Shown piece by piece: positions 48,348 through 57,056 of a DNA stretch of 64,000 nucleotides. Positions within the stretch are counted from its first letter, which is position 1. Each line of letters starts with the position of its first letter. The position numbers and the translations under genes were made by a program. Where the stretch lies: contig MHKS01000005.1 of the NCBI GenBank assembly GCA_001818495.1, positions 12,288 through 76,287 on the forward strand. The letters run 5' to 3'. The notes below the pieces were generated by a model. That model saw only the letters and a list, made by a program, of their open reading frames with translations. It was not told the DNA's origin and made no database searches. The stretch comes from Candidatus Komeilibacteria bacterium RIFOXYD1_FULL_37_29 (GTDB lineage: Bacteria > Patescibacteriota > Patescibacteriia > UBA1558 > GWA2-36-10).

Positions 48348-49286
48348 ATGTCTAAAATGAAAAAGCCAGAGTTAAGAAAAGATTATATTCAGGAGAAGTA
48401 TGTTATTATTGCACCCAAACGCGGTAAAAGACCGCATGATGTTATCAAACCAACAGATCATCATAAGCAAATGGTCTCTTCTTGTATATTTTGTCCCAAC
48501 AATATTAAGGAGGTTCGCAGTTTATATAAAAAAGGTGAGGGAGAAAATTGGGCTATCAATGTTATTGCCAATAAATATCCGGCGGTATCGCTAGATAATG
48601 ACAAAGCTTATGGTACCCAAGAAGTGGTGATAGAAACAGCAGATCATACTTTAGAACTGGAAGATTTGTCCATTGAGCAGATTGCTGATTTACTGGAAGC
48701 TTATGCCTGGCGTACTAAGGAAATATCCAAAGATGATAAAATTGATTATATTTTAATTTTTAAAAACGATGGTGGTGTAGCTGGTGCATCTTTACAACAT
48801 GCCCATTCTCAGATTTTTGCCACCAATTTTTTACCGCCGCATTTGGTAGACAAATCTCAGCGACAGCAGGCCTACAAACTGGAGCACGGTAATTGTGTTT
48901 ACTGTGATGTGCTAAAAAAAGAGTCCAAAGGACCCCGCTTAGTTTATCAAGATAAAGAAGTAATGGCTTTTACTCCTTACGCTTCTATGTTTAATTATGA
49001 AATATGGATTATGCCCTTAAAGCATCGGGATAATATCACTGAGTTATCAGCTCCAGAACGGCATTCTTTTGCTAAAATACTGAAGCATATTTTGATAAAA
49101 ATCGGTCAACTAGATTTGCCTTATAATTTTTATTTTCATCAGATCATCAATGATAATGATCAGCATCTTTATATGAAAATAGTGCCCCGCGGATCAGTCT
49201 GGGCTGGAGTAGAGATTGGTTCTGGTCTCATTATCAATCCGATTGATCCCGATGATGCTGCTGAATTTTATCGACAAGGATTATGA
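48348..49286 (+). CDS. GalT-like HIT-family hexose-1-phosphate nucleotidyltransferase
   Basis: KRGKRP, CIFCP, NKYPA, AGASLQHAHSQ, CVYC. Confidence 0.87.
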   Translation: MSKMKKPELRKDYIQEKYVIIAPKRGKRPHDVIKPTDHHKQMVSSCIFCPNNIKEVRSLYKKGEGENWAINVIANKYPAVSLDNDKAYGTQEVVIETADHTLELEDLSIEQIADLLEAYAWRTKEISKDDKIDYILIFKNDGGVAGASLQHAHSQIFATNFLPPHLVDKSQRQQAYKLEHGNCVYCDVLKKESKGPRLVYQDKEVMAFTPYASMFNYEIWIMPLKHRDNITELSAPERHSFAKILKHILIKIGQLDLPYNFYFHQIINDNDQHLYMKIVPRGSVWAGVEIGSGLIINPIDPDDAAEFYRQGL

Positions 49287-49924
49287 TCAAAGCTATTATT
49301 TTCGACATGGACGGAGTAATATCCGATACTCAACAAAATCATTCGCAAACCGAAGCGGCTATTTTAAATGATTGTGGAATAAAAATTACGGCTGATGAAG
49401 TAACGGCCAAGTATTCTAGCGTTAGGGTAGAAGATATTTTTAGAGATTTATTTAAAAAATATAATATTCAAGCCGATATTGAGGCTTTGGCTGTTAAGAA
49501 GAGAAAAATGGTTTTAGCTTCTTTAAAAAAAGAGGTTACACCAATAGAAGGAATTCATAATTTAGTAAATACTTTATATTCTGCCAAGTATGAGTTGGCT
49601 GTCGGGACTACCTCATCGGTAGCCAATGCTAATATTATCTTAAAAACTTTGAAGTTGTCTGATAAGTTTTCGTTTATTGCCAGTGGACATGATGTAAAAA
49701 ATGGAAAACCAGCACCTGATGTTTTCTTGCTAGCAGCCAAAAAATTAAAAGTAAAACCTCAAGAGTGTTTGGTAATTGAAGACGGTTTGGCGGGCATGCA
49801 GGCTGCTAAAAATGCTGGTATGAAGTGTATTGGTTTGGTTAAGACAAAAAATAAAAATTACCAAGCTGATATTTTGGTGAATAAATTAGGGGATATCTCC
49901 TTAGAGTTAATTAAGAAATTGTAG
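49283..49924 (+). CDS. HAD hydrolase, beta-phosphoglucomutase-like
   Basis: IFDMDGVI, GKPAPD, VIEDG. Confidence 0.88.
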   Translation: MIKAIIFDMDGVISDTQQNHSQTEAAILNDCGIKITADEVTAKYSSVRVEDIFRDLFKKYNIQADIEALAVKKRKMVLASLKKEVTPIEGIHNLVNTLYSAKYELAVGTTSSVANANIILKTLKLSDKFSFIASGHDVKNGKPAPDVFLLAAKKLKVKPQECLVIEDGLAGMQAAKNAGMKCIGLVKTKNKNYQADILVNKLGDISLELIKKL

Positions 49925-49925
49925 T

Positions 49926-49958
49926 TTTAAAACAGCCCTTCATCAAGGCTGTTTTAAA
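49926..49958. terminator. Bidirectional terminator
   Basis: TTTAAAACAGCC...GGCTGTTTTAAA. Confidence 0.8.
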
Positions 49959-49959
49959 G

Positions 49960-51168
49960 TTATTTTATTTTAGCAAATTTTCTTTTACCGGCTTGGACTA
50001 TATCACCAGATTTTATGTTTAGGTTTTCTTTCCAAGAGGACACTTTTTCGCTGTTTATTTTCATACCACCACCATCAATCAGTCGGCGGGCATCAGATTT
50101 TGAGGCTATTAGTTTTAGCGTTATCAGTAAATCAACCGGATTAATAGAACCAATATTGATATTGTGTTCAACGATTGCTTCTGGAGTTTCTCTTTGGCTA
50201 AATACTTTTATAAAATTAGTTTCAGCTTTGGTTGCTTCTTTAGCTCCGTAGTATAAAGTAACTATTTCTTTGGCCAACTGCAATTTAGCGTCGCGTGGAT
50301 TAGCACCAGTTTTGATATTTTTGGCAGTTTGATTGATTTGCTCCAATGGAACAGTCGTGCACAATTCAAAACCGTTTAAAATCATAGCATCAGTCCAAGA
50401 CATTACCTTGCCAAACATTTGTTCAGGCGTATCATTTAAGGCCAGCATATTGCCTTCGCTTTTACCCATTTTGGTACCGACCACATCAGTCAAAAGTTTC
50501 ATAGTTAGGACAAATTTGTCCTGACCCTTCAGAGATTTCATCAAAGTACGGCCAGCTAGCATATTAAAAGTTTGGTCATTGCCACCAATTTCGCCATCAA
50601 CATTCATGGCTACACAGTCTTGAGCTTGAAGCATCGGATACATAAATTCATGCAAGCCAATGGGCTTACCCGCTTTGATTCTTTGTTGGAACATGTCTCT
50701 TTCCAGTAGTTGTTGGACGGTAAAATTACTAGACAGTTTTAGGACATCAGCAAAATTCATTTTATTTAACCAACGACTGTTATATTTTAATTCGGCTTTG
50801 TTTGAGCCGGAGAAATTTAAAAATATAGAAGCTTGTTTTTTGTAATACTTGGCATTATTTAAAACCTCTTGTTTGCTCAGTGGTTTGCGAGTAGCCTGTT
50901 TGTCAGTCGGATCGCCAATGGTGCCGGTAAAATCTCCGATTAGTAGAATAATTTTATGTCCCAGCTCTTGAAATTGTTTTAATTTGGCCAAAATAATAGC
51001 ATGGCCCAAATGTAAAGTCGGTCCAGTGGGGTCAATGCCCAAATAGATAGATAATTTTTGGCCAGAACCTAGCCGTTTTTCTAAGTAGGATTTGTCCGGA
51101 TAGATGTTTTCTACGCCTCTTTCTAGTAATTCTTGAATTTTTTGCTGATCTGTATTAATCTTAAGCAT
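49960..51168 (-). CDS. tyrS: Tyrosine--tRNA ligase
   Basis: GIDPT..LHLGH, GGNDQ, KMGKS, C-terminal S4 domain. Confidence 0.97.
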   Translation of the reverse strand: MLKINTDQQKIQELLERGVENIYPDKSYLEKRLGSGQKLSIYLGIDPTGPTLHLGHAIILAKLKQFQELGHKIILLIGDFTGTIGDPTDKQATRKPLSKQEVLNNAKYYKKQASIFLNFSGSNKAELKYNSRWLNKMNFADVLKLSSNFTVQQLLERDMFQQRIKAGKPIGLHEFMYPMLQAQDCVAMNVDGEIGGNDQTFNMLAGRTLMKSLKGQDKFVLTMKLLTDVVGTKMGKSEGNMLALNDTPEQMFGKVMSWTDAMILNGFELCTTVPLEQINQTAKNIKTGANPRDAKLQLAKEIVTLYYGAKEATKAETNFIKVFSQRETPEAIVEHNINIGSINPVDLLITLKLIASKSDARRLIDGGGMKINSEKVSSWKENLNIKSGDIVQAGKRKFAKIK

Positions 51169-51235
51169 ACTTTTACTTATATTTTTTACTTATCATATTC
51201 AAATTATAGCTTATTTTTGCTATAATTTAAATACT

Positions 51236-54169
51236 ATGCCAATTCCCCAACTCAAGTCAAATTTTACTAAGCGACAAATCGGTGATTCTAGTCCGCAGTT
51301 TTCTCATCGGCCGATAGAGCCAGTTCAAGAACCAAAAAAAAGGATATTTGGCAGTCGTTTTATTTATCACAAAACTCCCCGTTTACCCAAGCCACAGATT
51401 TCTAAAACTTGGTTAAGAAAATTTATCAAGCGTTTTTGGAGACAGTTATTAGCCTTGGTGCTTTTGGGGGGTATTTTTATGATTGGATTATTTGCTTGGT
51501 ATTCTCGTGATTTACCAGAGCCAGGCAAGATTATGGATAGATCCGTAGCACTAAGCACCAAAATTTATGATCGGACTGGCGAGGTCTTACTCTATGAAGT
51601 CCATGGTCCGGAAAATAGAAGTTTAGTAAAAATAGATGATGTCCCTCAGCACGTGGTGGATGCTACTATTGCTATTGAAGACAAGGATTTTTATAATCAC
51701 GGCGGTATTTCCATTTGGGGTATTATCAGAGGACAGATAGTTCCTCGTCTCAGTGGTAACCGGTCTCAAGGTGGATCCACACTGACTCAACAATTTGTCA
51801 AAAATGCTATTTTAACTGACGAAAGAAAATTATCTCGTAAAATAAAAGAATGGATTTTATCTTGGCAGATTGAAAAGAAATATGATAAAAGACAAATTTT
51901 GGAATTTTATTTTAATGAAATTCCTTATGGCGGGTCAGTTTATGGTGTTGAGGCGGCCGCTCGGTATTATTTTGATAAATCAGTTAAAGATTTGACTATT
52001 GCTGAAGCCGCTGTATTAGCCTCTTTGCCGCAAGCACCCACTACTTATTCTCCTTATGGTAATAACAAAGATTTGTTAATCAACCGCCAGCATATCATTT
52101 TGGATTTGATGGTTGAACAGAAATATATTACTAAAGAGCAAGCCGAAATAGCCAAAGATCAAGAGCTAGTTTTCAAAAAAAGAGCCGAGCAGATCAAAGC
52201 GCCACATTTTGTGATGTATGTCAGAGAGCTGTTAGAGCAAAAATACGGAGCTAGCATTGTGGAGCAAAGCGGTTGGGAAATAAAAACCTCTTTAGATTGG
52301 ACCGCTCAACAAAAAGCCCAAGAAATTATTGATGACATCGCTCAGAAAAATTTAGAAAATTATAAGGCCAATAATGCCGCCTTAGTATCGATTGATGTAG
52401 AAAGCGGAGAGATATTGTCTATGATCGGTTCCAAGGATTATTTTGACGATAGTATAGACGGTCAGGTTAATGTCGCTTTATCTAGTCGTCAGCCCGGATC
52501 ATCATTAAAACCCCTGGTCTATTTAGCGGCGTTTAATAAAGGTTATCGTCCTGATACTATACTCTTTGACTTGGAAACAAATTTTGCTGCCTCTGGTGAT
52601 CCTTATAAACCGAAAAATTATGATGGCGGGCAGCGCGGACCAGTTTCTATGCGTAAGGCTCTGGCTGGCTCCTTAAATATTCCAGCTGTTAAAACTCTAT
52701 ATTTGGCGGGAATTTATACAGTCACTGATTTAGCTAGCCGTTTTGGCTATACCACCTTAAATGATCCAGATAGGTACGGTTTATCACTAGTCTTGGGAGG
52801 TGGAGAAGTAAAGCTTTTGGAGCATGTCAATGCTTATGCTACTTTTGCCAGAGAAGGGGTCTATAAAGACGCAGTAGCCGTTTTGGAGATAAAGGATAGT
52901 AAAGGTAAGATTATCGAGGAAAAGGATAATAATAAAGGACGTCGAGTATTAGAAAAAGAACCAGTTCGTTTATTGAATGATATTTTATCAGACAATGATG
53001 CTCGGTCTTATATTTTTGGAGCCAATAATTATCTGACCTTACCCGATCGTCCGGTAGCGGCCAAAACTGGTACTACCAATAATTATCACGATGCTTGGAC
53101 AGTAGGTTTTACACCACAGATAGCCACTGGTGTTTGGGTCGGTAATAATAATAATACCGAAATGTCTGCTGGAGCTGATGGATCGGTAGTAGCTGCTCCG
53201 ATTTGGCAAGGCTATATGAAAGAAGTGACCAAAAATTTGCCAGTAGTTGGTTTTAAAAAAGAAGAATTACCAAAATGTGATAAAGCTATGGTTTGTGGTG
53301 AATTGTCTTCTGGCCAGCCTATTAAAATTGATAAGCTATCGGGCAAATTAGCTACCGAAAATACTCCTTATACTACTATAGAAGAAAAGAAATATGTTGA
53401 AGTACACAATATTTTACATTATGTAAATATCAATGATCCACTAGGTGATCCTTTGGCTGATCCAACCAATGATCCGCAGTATAACCTGTGGGAGGCTCCG
53501 GTGGCCAAATATGCCGAGGAGCAGGGCTATATTAGTCAGATTTCGCCGACTGAATATGATGATATTCATAAGCCAGAAGACAAGCCTAGTCTCAGCTGGC
53601 AAGAGCCTTATAACAATCAAAATGTCACCAGTAGTCATTTGGAGCTGTCAGTTACCACCGATGCCCCTAGAGGAGTTGAGCGAGTGGAATATTTTTTGGA
53701 CAATGAACTTATTGGTACCAGCTACTTAAAACCTTTTGACTTTGTTTATCAAATCAGTCCTTTTATTAGCAATGGTGGTCATCAGCTCAAAGCTATGGCT
53801 TTTGATGACTTGGATAATTTCCGTGAAGAGAGTATTAATATAAATATCAATTTAGATAATGCCCAAAAAGATTTTAATTTAATTTGGCTTAGTCCATCTA
53901 GTGGTGCTACTCTCAATCTTTTAGATTTTCCCATTAATCTAGAACTCAGTTTAGATCAGCCAGCCAAAGTTAAAAAAATAGATTTTTATTATATTGATCC
54001 AGAAGAAAATTCTCGATGGTTTGCTTATATTGACTTACCAGCTGGTAATAAAATTTCTGTCCCCTGGAATAAGGACTTAGCTCCCGGGATTTATAAATTG
54101 TATCTGGTGGTCAAAAATCAATCGGACGATTTAATTACTATGCCTAGCATTATTGTCAATTTACAGTAA
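51236..54169 (+). CDS. Class A penicillin-binding protein (PBP1A family) with C-terminal Ig-like domains
   Basis: EDKDFYNHGG, GGSTLTQQ, SSLK, SLN, KTGT. Confidence 0.95.
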   Translation: MPIPQLKSNFTKRQIGDSSPQFSHRPIEPVQEPKKRIFGSRFIYHKTPRLPKPQISKTWLRKFIKRFWRQLLALVLLGGIFMIGLFAWYSRDLPEPGKIMDRSVALSTKIYDRTGEVLLYEVHGPENRSLVKIDDVPQHVVDATIAIEDKDFYNHGGISIWGIIRGQIVPRLSGNRSQGGSTLTQQFVKNAILTDERKLSRKIKEWILSWQIEKKYDKRQILEFYFNEIPYGGSVYGVEAAARYYFDKSVKDLTIAEAAVLASLPQAPTTYSPYGNNKDLLINRQHIILDLMVEQKYITKEQAEIAKDQELVFKKRAEQIKAPHFVMYVRELLEQKYGASIVEQSGWEIKTSLDWTAQQKAQEIIDDIAQKNLENYKANNAALVSIDVESGEILSMIGSKDYFDDSIDGQVNVALSSRQPGSSLKPLVYLAAFNKGYRPDTILFDLETNFAASGDPYKPKNYDGGQRGPVSMRKALAGSLNIPAVKTLYLAGIYTVTDLASRFGYTTLNDPDRYGLSLVLGGGEVKLLEHVNAYATFAREGVYKDAVAVLEIKDSKGKIIEEKDNNKGRRVLEKEPVRLLNDILSDNDARSYIFGANNYLTLPDRPVAAKTGTTNNYHDAWTVGFTPQIATGVWVGNNNNTEMSAGADGSVVAAPIWQGYMKEVTKNLPVVGFKKEELPKCDKAMVCGELSSGQPIKIDKLSGKLATENTPYTTIEEKKYVEVHNILHYVNINDPLGDPLADPTNDPQYNLWEAPVAKYAEEQGYISQISPTEYDDIHKPEDKPSLSWQEPYNNQNVTSSHLELSVTTDAPRGVERVEYFLDNELIGTSYLKPFDFVYQISPFISNGGHQLKAMAFDDLDNFREESINININLDNAQKDFNLIWLSPSSGATLNLLDFPINLELSLDQPAKVKKIDFYYIDPEENSRWFAYIDLPAGNKISVPWNKDLAPGIYKLYLVVKNQSDDLITMPSIIVNLQ

Positions 54170-54206
54170 TTAAAAAAACGCCCTAGCTATTGGGGCGTTT
54201 TTTTAA
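54170..54206. terminator. Bidirectional terminator
   Basis: TTAAAAAAACGCCCTA-gctat-TGGGGCGTTTTTTTAA. Confidence 0.85.
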
Positions 54207-54451
54207 TAGCCTTCGTTAGCGTGAATGTGGTTGGCTTTTTCGGCGCTGAGCTCATCCTCATTTATTTTTTCATTAAGCGGATTAGCGGAGTTTAGAAAAA
54301 CTAAGAGCAGGCCCATAATTAAAGTAGTGATTGATAGCCACAGTGGCATAAAAATTTCCCAAATATTAAAAAAGGCCAAACAGGCTAAAATGACCATAAA
54401 AATACCCATAGTAACGTTAAAAACGGTTGGACAGTAGCAATATTTTCCCAT
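54203..54451 (-). CDS. Small two-TM hypothetical protein
   Basis: GGGGGT SD, TTGACA-18-TAAAAT promoter, ends at the shared terminator. Confidence 0.6.
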   Translation of the reverse strand: MGKYCYCPTVFNVTMGIFMVILACLAFFNIWEIFMPLWLSITTLIMGLLLVFLNSANPLNEKINEDELSAEKANHIHANEGY

Positions 54452-54560
54452 ATTATCTACCCCCTTTCAATTTTTTAGTGATGCTTAATTACTCTTATAT
54501 TTTATCCACGATAGGCATTTTTTGTCAATTTTGCTTATTTGGTATAAGATAATCTTTGAT

Positions 54561-55649
54561 ATGAATAAAAAAGTTTTAGTTTTTGGAAAATTTGATATTT
54601 TTCATCCTGGTCATAAATATATCTTAACTGTGGCCAAAAAATTGGGTCAGGTCACGGTGGTTTTGGAGTCTGATCAAGCCATTAAGAAATGGGGTCATTA
54701 TCAACCATATCATGATCAGAATTTTAGAAAGCACAAATTGGAGAAACTCGGTTTTCGGGTTTTTGTCAGGCACTTGGAGCAGGGCGCTGATTATATTATT
54801 GATAGCCTTAGGCCAGATATTTTATGTTTAGGGGAGGATCAAAAACTTTTACAAAAAATATTTTCACCTTTTCCTAATATAAATTTGGAAATTATAAAGT
54901 TTATCAAAAGCAATTTATATAAGTCTTCACATCTTACGCCAATTTTAGAAGACCTCACGGCGGGGGTATATTTAATTGATAAACCCAAGGGAGTCAATTC
55001 TTTTCGGGCAGTAGCGGTTATTAGAAAAGTTTTAAATATGAGGCGAGTGGGTTTTTCTGGTACTTTAGATCCTTTGGCCTCGGGATTATTGATTGTCGCC
55101 ACTGGTCGAGCTACCAGATTATTAGATTGGTTTCATGATTTGCCCAAAACATATCAGGCCAAAATAGTTTTTGGGAAAGAATCGTCTAGTTATGATTTGG
55201 AAATGCCGGCATTAGAAAATAAATCAGCTAAATCTTTTACTAAAAAACAGCTAGAAAAAGTCCTAGCTGGTTTTATGGGTAAAAAAATACAAACCACGCC
55301 AATTTATAGTGCCAAAAAAGTACAGGGAGAGAAAGCCTATTTGCTAGCCCGTTCTGGTCAAAGTTTTAAGCCGCCTATTCAGGAGATAGAAATTTATAAA
55401 TTGAAAATAAATAAGTTTAATTATCCTTATTTAAGTTTAACAGCTACTGTTTCGGCTGGCACTTATATCAGGTCACTAGCCCATGATTTGGGGCAAGCGA
55501 TGAAAACGGGAGCAGTGCTGATTGATTTAGAGCGCATGGTCATTGGAGATTTTAAACTCAAAAAATCTTTAGCCCTTGAGCAGATTAACAAGGCTAGTTT
55601 GGCTAAGTATAAAATAGCGCCGGCTACTATTATAGAGCGCTTAAGTTGA
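54561..55649 (+). CDS. truB: Fusion: cytidylyltransferase-like (RibL-type) domain plus tRNA pseudouridine55 synthase
   Basis: N-term VFGKFDIFHPGH, PDILCLGEDQ, YKSS; C-term IDKPKG, GTLDPLASG, PIYSAKKVQG, SAGTYIRSLA. Confidence 0.88.
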   Translation: MNKKVLVFGKFDIFHPGHKYILTVAKKLGQVTVVLESDQAIKKWGHYQPYHDQNFRKHKLEKLGFRVFVRHLEQGADYIIDSLRPDILCLGEDQKLLQKIFSPFPNINLEIIKFIKSNLYKSSHLTPILEDLTAGVYLIDKPKGVNSFRAVAVIRKVLNMRRVGFSGTLDPLASGLLIVATGRATRLLDWFHDLPKTYQAKIVFGKESSSYDLEMPALENKSAKSFTKKQLEKVLAGFMGKKIQTTPIYSAKKVQGEKAYLLARSGQSFKPPIQEIEIYKLKINKFNYPYLSLTATVSAGTYIRSLAHDLGQAMKTGAVLIDLERMVIGDFKLKKSLALEQINKASLAKYKIAPATIIERLS

Positions 55650-55878
55650 TATATTGACCAGTAATGTCTTTGATAAAACGCTCGATGTTTTCTTCTTTAA
55701 ATTCAGTTTCTTTCATTTTTTTGGCAAAATCATATAAACGCAGAGTTCTTTCACCCATTTCGCCTAGGCGTTCCTCATAGATTTTATTGAATTTTTCAGT
55801 GCTAGTTATAGAATCATTGGAATAATATAGTTTTTCTATAACCAACCTCTGCTCCTCGGGAGATATGTATTTATCCAT
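55630..55878 (-). CDS. Hypothetical soluble protein
   Basis: 82 aa ORF filling the truB-rpsT gap, TG-extended -10 upstream, 20-nt convergent overlap with truB. Confidence 0.6.
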   Translation of the reverse strand: MDKYISPEEQRLVIEKLYYSNDSITSTEKFNKIYEERLGEMGERTLRLYDFAKKMKETEFKEENIERFIKDITGQYINLSAL

Positions 55879-55951
55879 AGTATTGACTAATTAGCTTTAT
55901 TATGTTAATATTTTAGCAGTTTTATTATAAATTTTAAAGGAACAAGTATTT

Positions 55952-56245
55952 ATGCCAAATAAGAAAGCAGCCATCAAAGATCTGAAGAAATCTAAAAAGC
56001 GTAGTGTGCGCAATTCTTTGATTAAGAGAAATATTAAAGAAATCATTAAAAAGGGTCAAAAAGCAGTGACTGAAGGAAAGCCAGTGGGTGATTTATCTAA
56101 ACAATTACAAAAAGCCGTCGATAAAGCCATTAAGAATAAAATTTTAAAACCCAATGCTGGTAATCGTAAGAAATCTCGTTTTGCCAAGATGATAAAAAGA
56201 GGGCCCGTAACCGAAAAATCAAAGAACAAAGCTAAAACAGAATAA
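55952..56245 (+). CDS. rpsT: 30S ribosomal protein S20
   Basis: MPNKKAAIK, VDKA, NAGNRKKSR; promoter TTGACT(55883)-17-TAATAT. Confidence 0.93.
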   Translation: MPNKKAAIKDLKKSKKRSVRNSLIKRNIKEIIKKGQKAVTEGKPVGDLSKQLQKAVDKAIKNKILKPNAGNRKKSRFAKMIKRGPVTEKSKNKAKTE

Positions 56246-56251
56246 TTTTTT

Positions 56252-56277
56252 AAAAGTCTCCTTGCGGGGACTTTTTT
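56252..56277 (+). terminator. rpsT terminator
   Basis: AAAAGTCTCC-ttgc-GGGGACTTTTTT. Confidence 0.8.
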
Positions 56278-56296
56278 CTTTTGTTAGAATTTAGCT

Positions 56297-57019
56297 ATGT
56301 CAGCAGAACAGTTAGTCAAACAATTAAAAAAATATTCTTCAGCCAAGCGGCAAAGAGCTAGTCAATGGTTTTTTAAAACTGCGCCGGGGCAATACGGCTA
56401 TGGCGATAAATTTTTAGGTGTCCGGGTGCCGGATATTAGAAGAGTAGCTAGACAATTTTTGAGCTTGGATTTTAAGGAGATAGTGCCTTTGATAAAATCA
56501 CCAATTCATGAGATCAGACTGGCGGCTATTTTGATTTTGGTAGAAAAAAACAAAGAAGCTATTAAAAATAAAAATGTAGCCTTAAGAAAAGATATTTTGA
56601 ATTTTTATATTAAGTATCGGCAGTGGGTCAATAATTGGGACTTGGTTGATTTATCAGTCCATCGTATTTTAGGTCAAGCCATTTTGGATAATTTACTAGG
56701 GAAGAAAATTTTGTATCAATATGCCAAAAGCCAAAATCTTTGGGAGCGGCGGATGTCTATTATTGCTACCGCCATGTTTATTAGTCAAGGAAAATTGGAT
56801 GATTGTTTGAAGATTTCAAAAATATTGTTAAAAGATAAGGAAGATTTGATGCATAAGGCGGTGGGCTGGATGCTTCGAGAGGCTTGGAAAAAAGATAGCC
56901 AAAGAGTAGAGGCTTTTTTGAAAAAATATTATCAAGCTTTACCGCGTACTACTTTAAGGTATGCCATCGAAAGGATCAAAGAACCCAAACGGAAGAAAAT
57001 TTTGCAAGGTAAGTTTTAA
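56297..57019 (+). CDS. AlkD-like DNA alkylation repair protein
   Basis: FFKT.PGQYGYGDKFLGVRVP, NNWDLVD, KAVGWMLRE, RTTLRYAIE. Confidence 0.9.
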   Translation: MSAEQLVKQLKKYSSAKRQRASQWFFKTAPGQYGYGDKFLGVRVPDIRRVARQFLSLDFKEIVPLIKSPIHEIRLAAILILVEKNKEAIKNKNVALRKDILNFYIKYRQWVNNWDLVDLSVHRILGQAILDNLLGKKILYQYAKSQNLWERRMSIIATAMFISQGKLDDCLKISKILLKDKEDLMHKAVGWMLREAWKKDSQRVEAFLKKYYQALPRTTLRYAIERIKEPKRKKILQGKF

Positions 57020-57026
57020 GGAGCAA

Positions 57027-57056
57027 ATAAAATCCAGCTTTTTAGCTGGATTTTAT
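57027..57056. terminator. Bidirectional terminator
   Basis: ATAAAATCCAGCT-tttt-AGCTGGATTTTAT. Confidence 0.85.
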
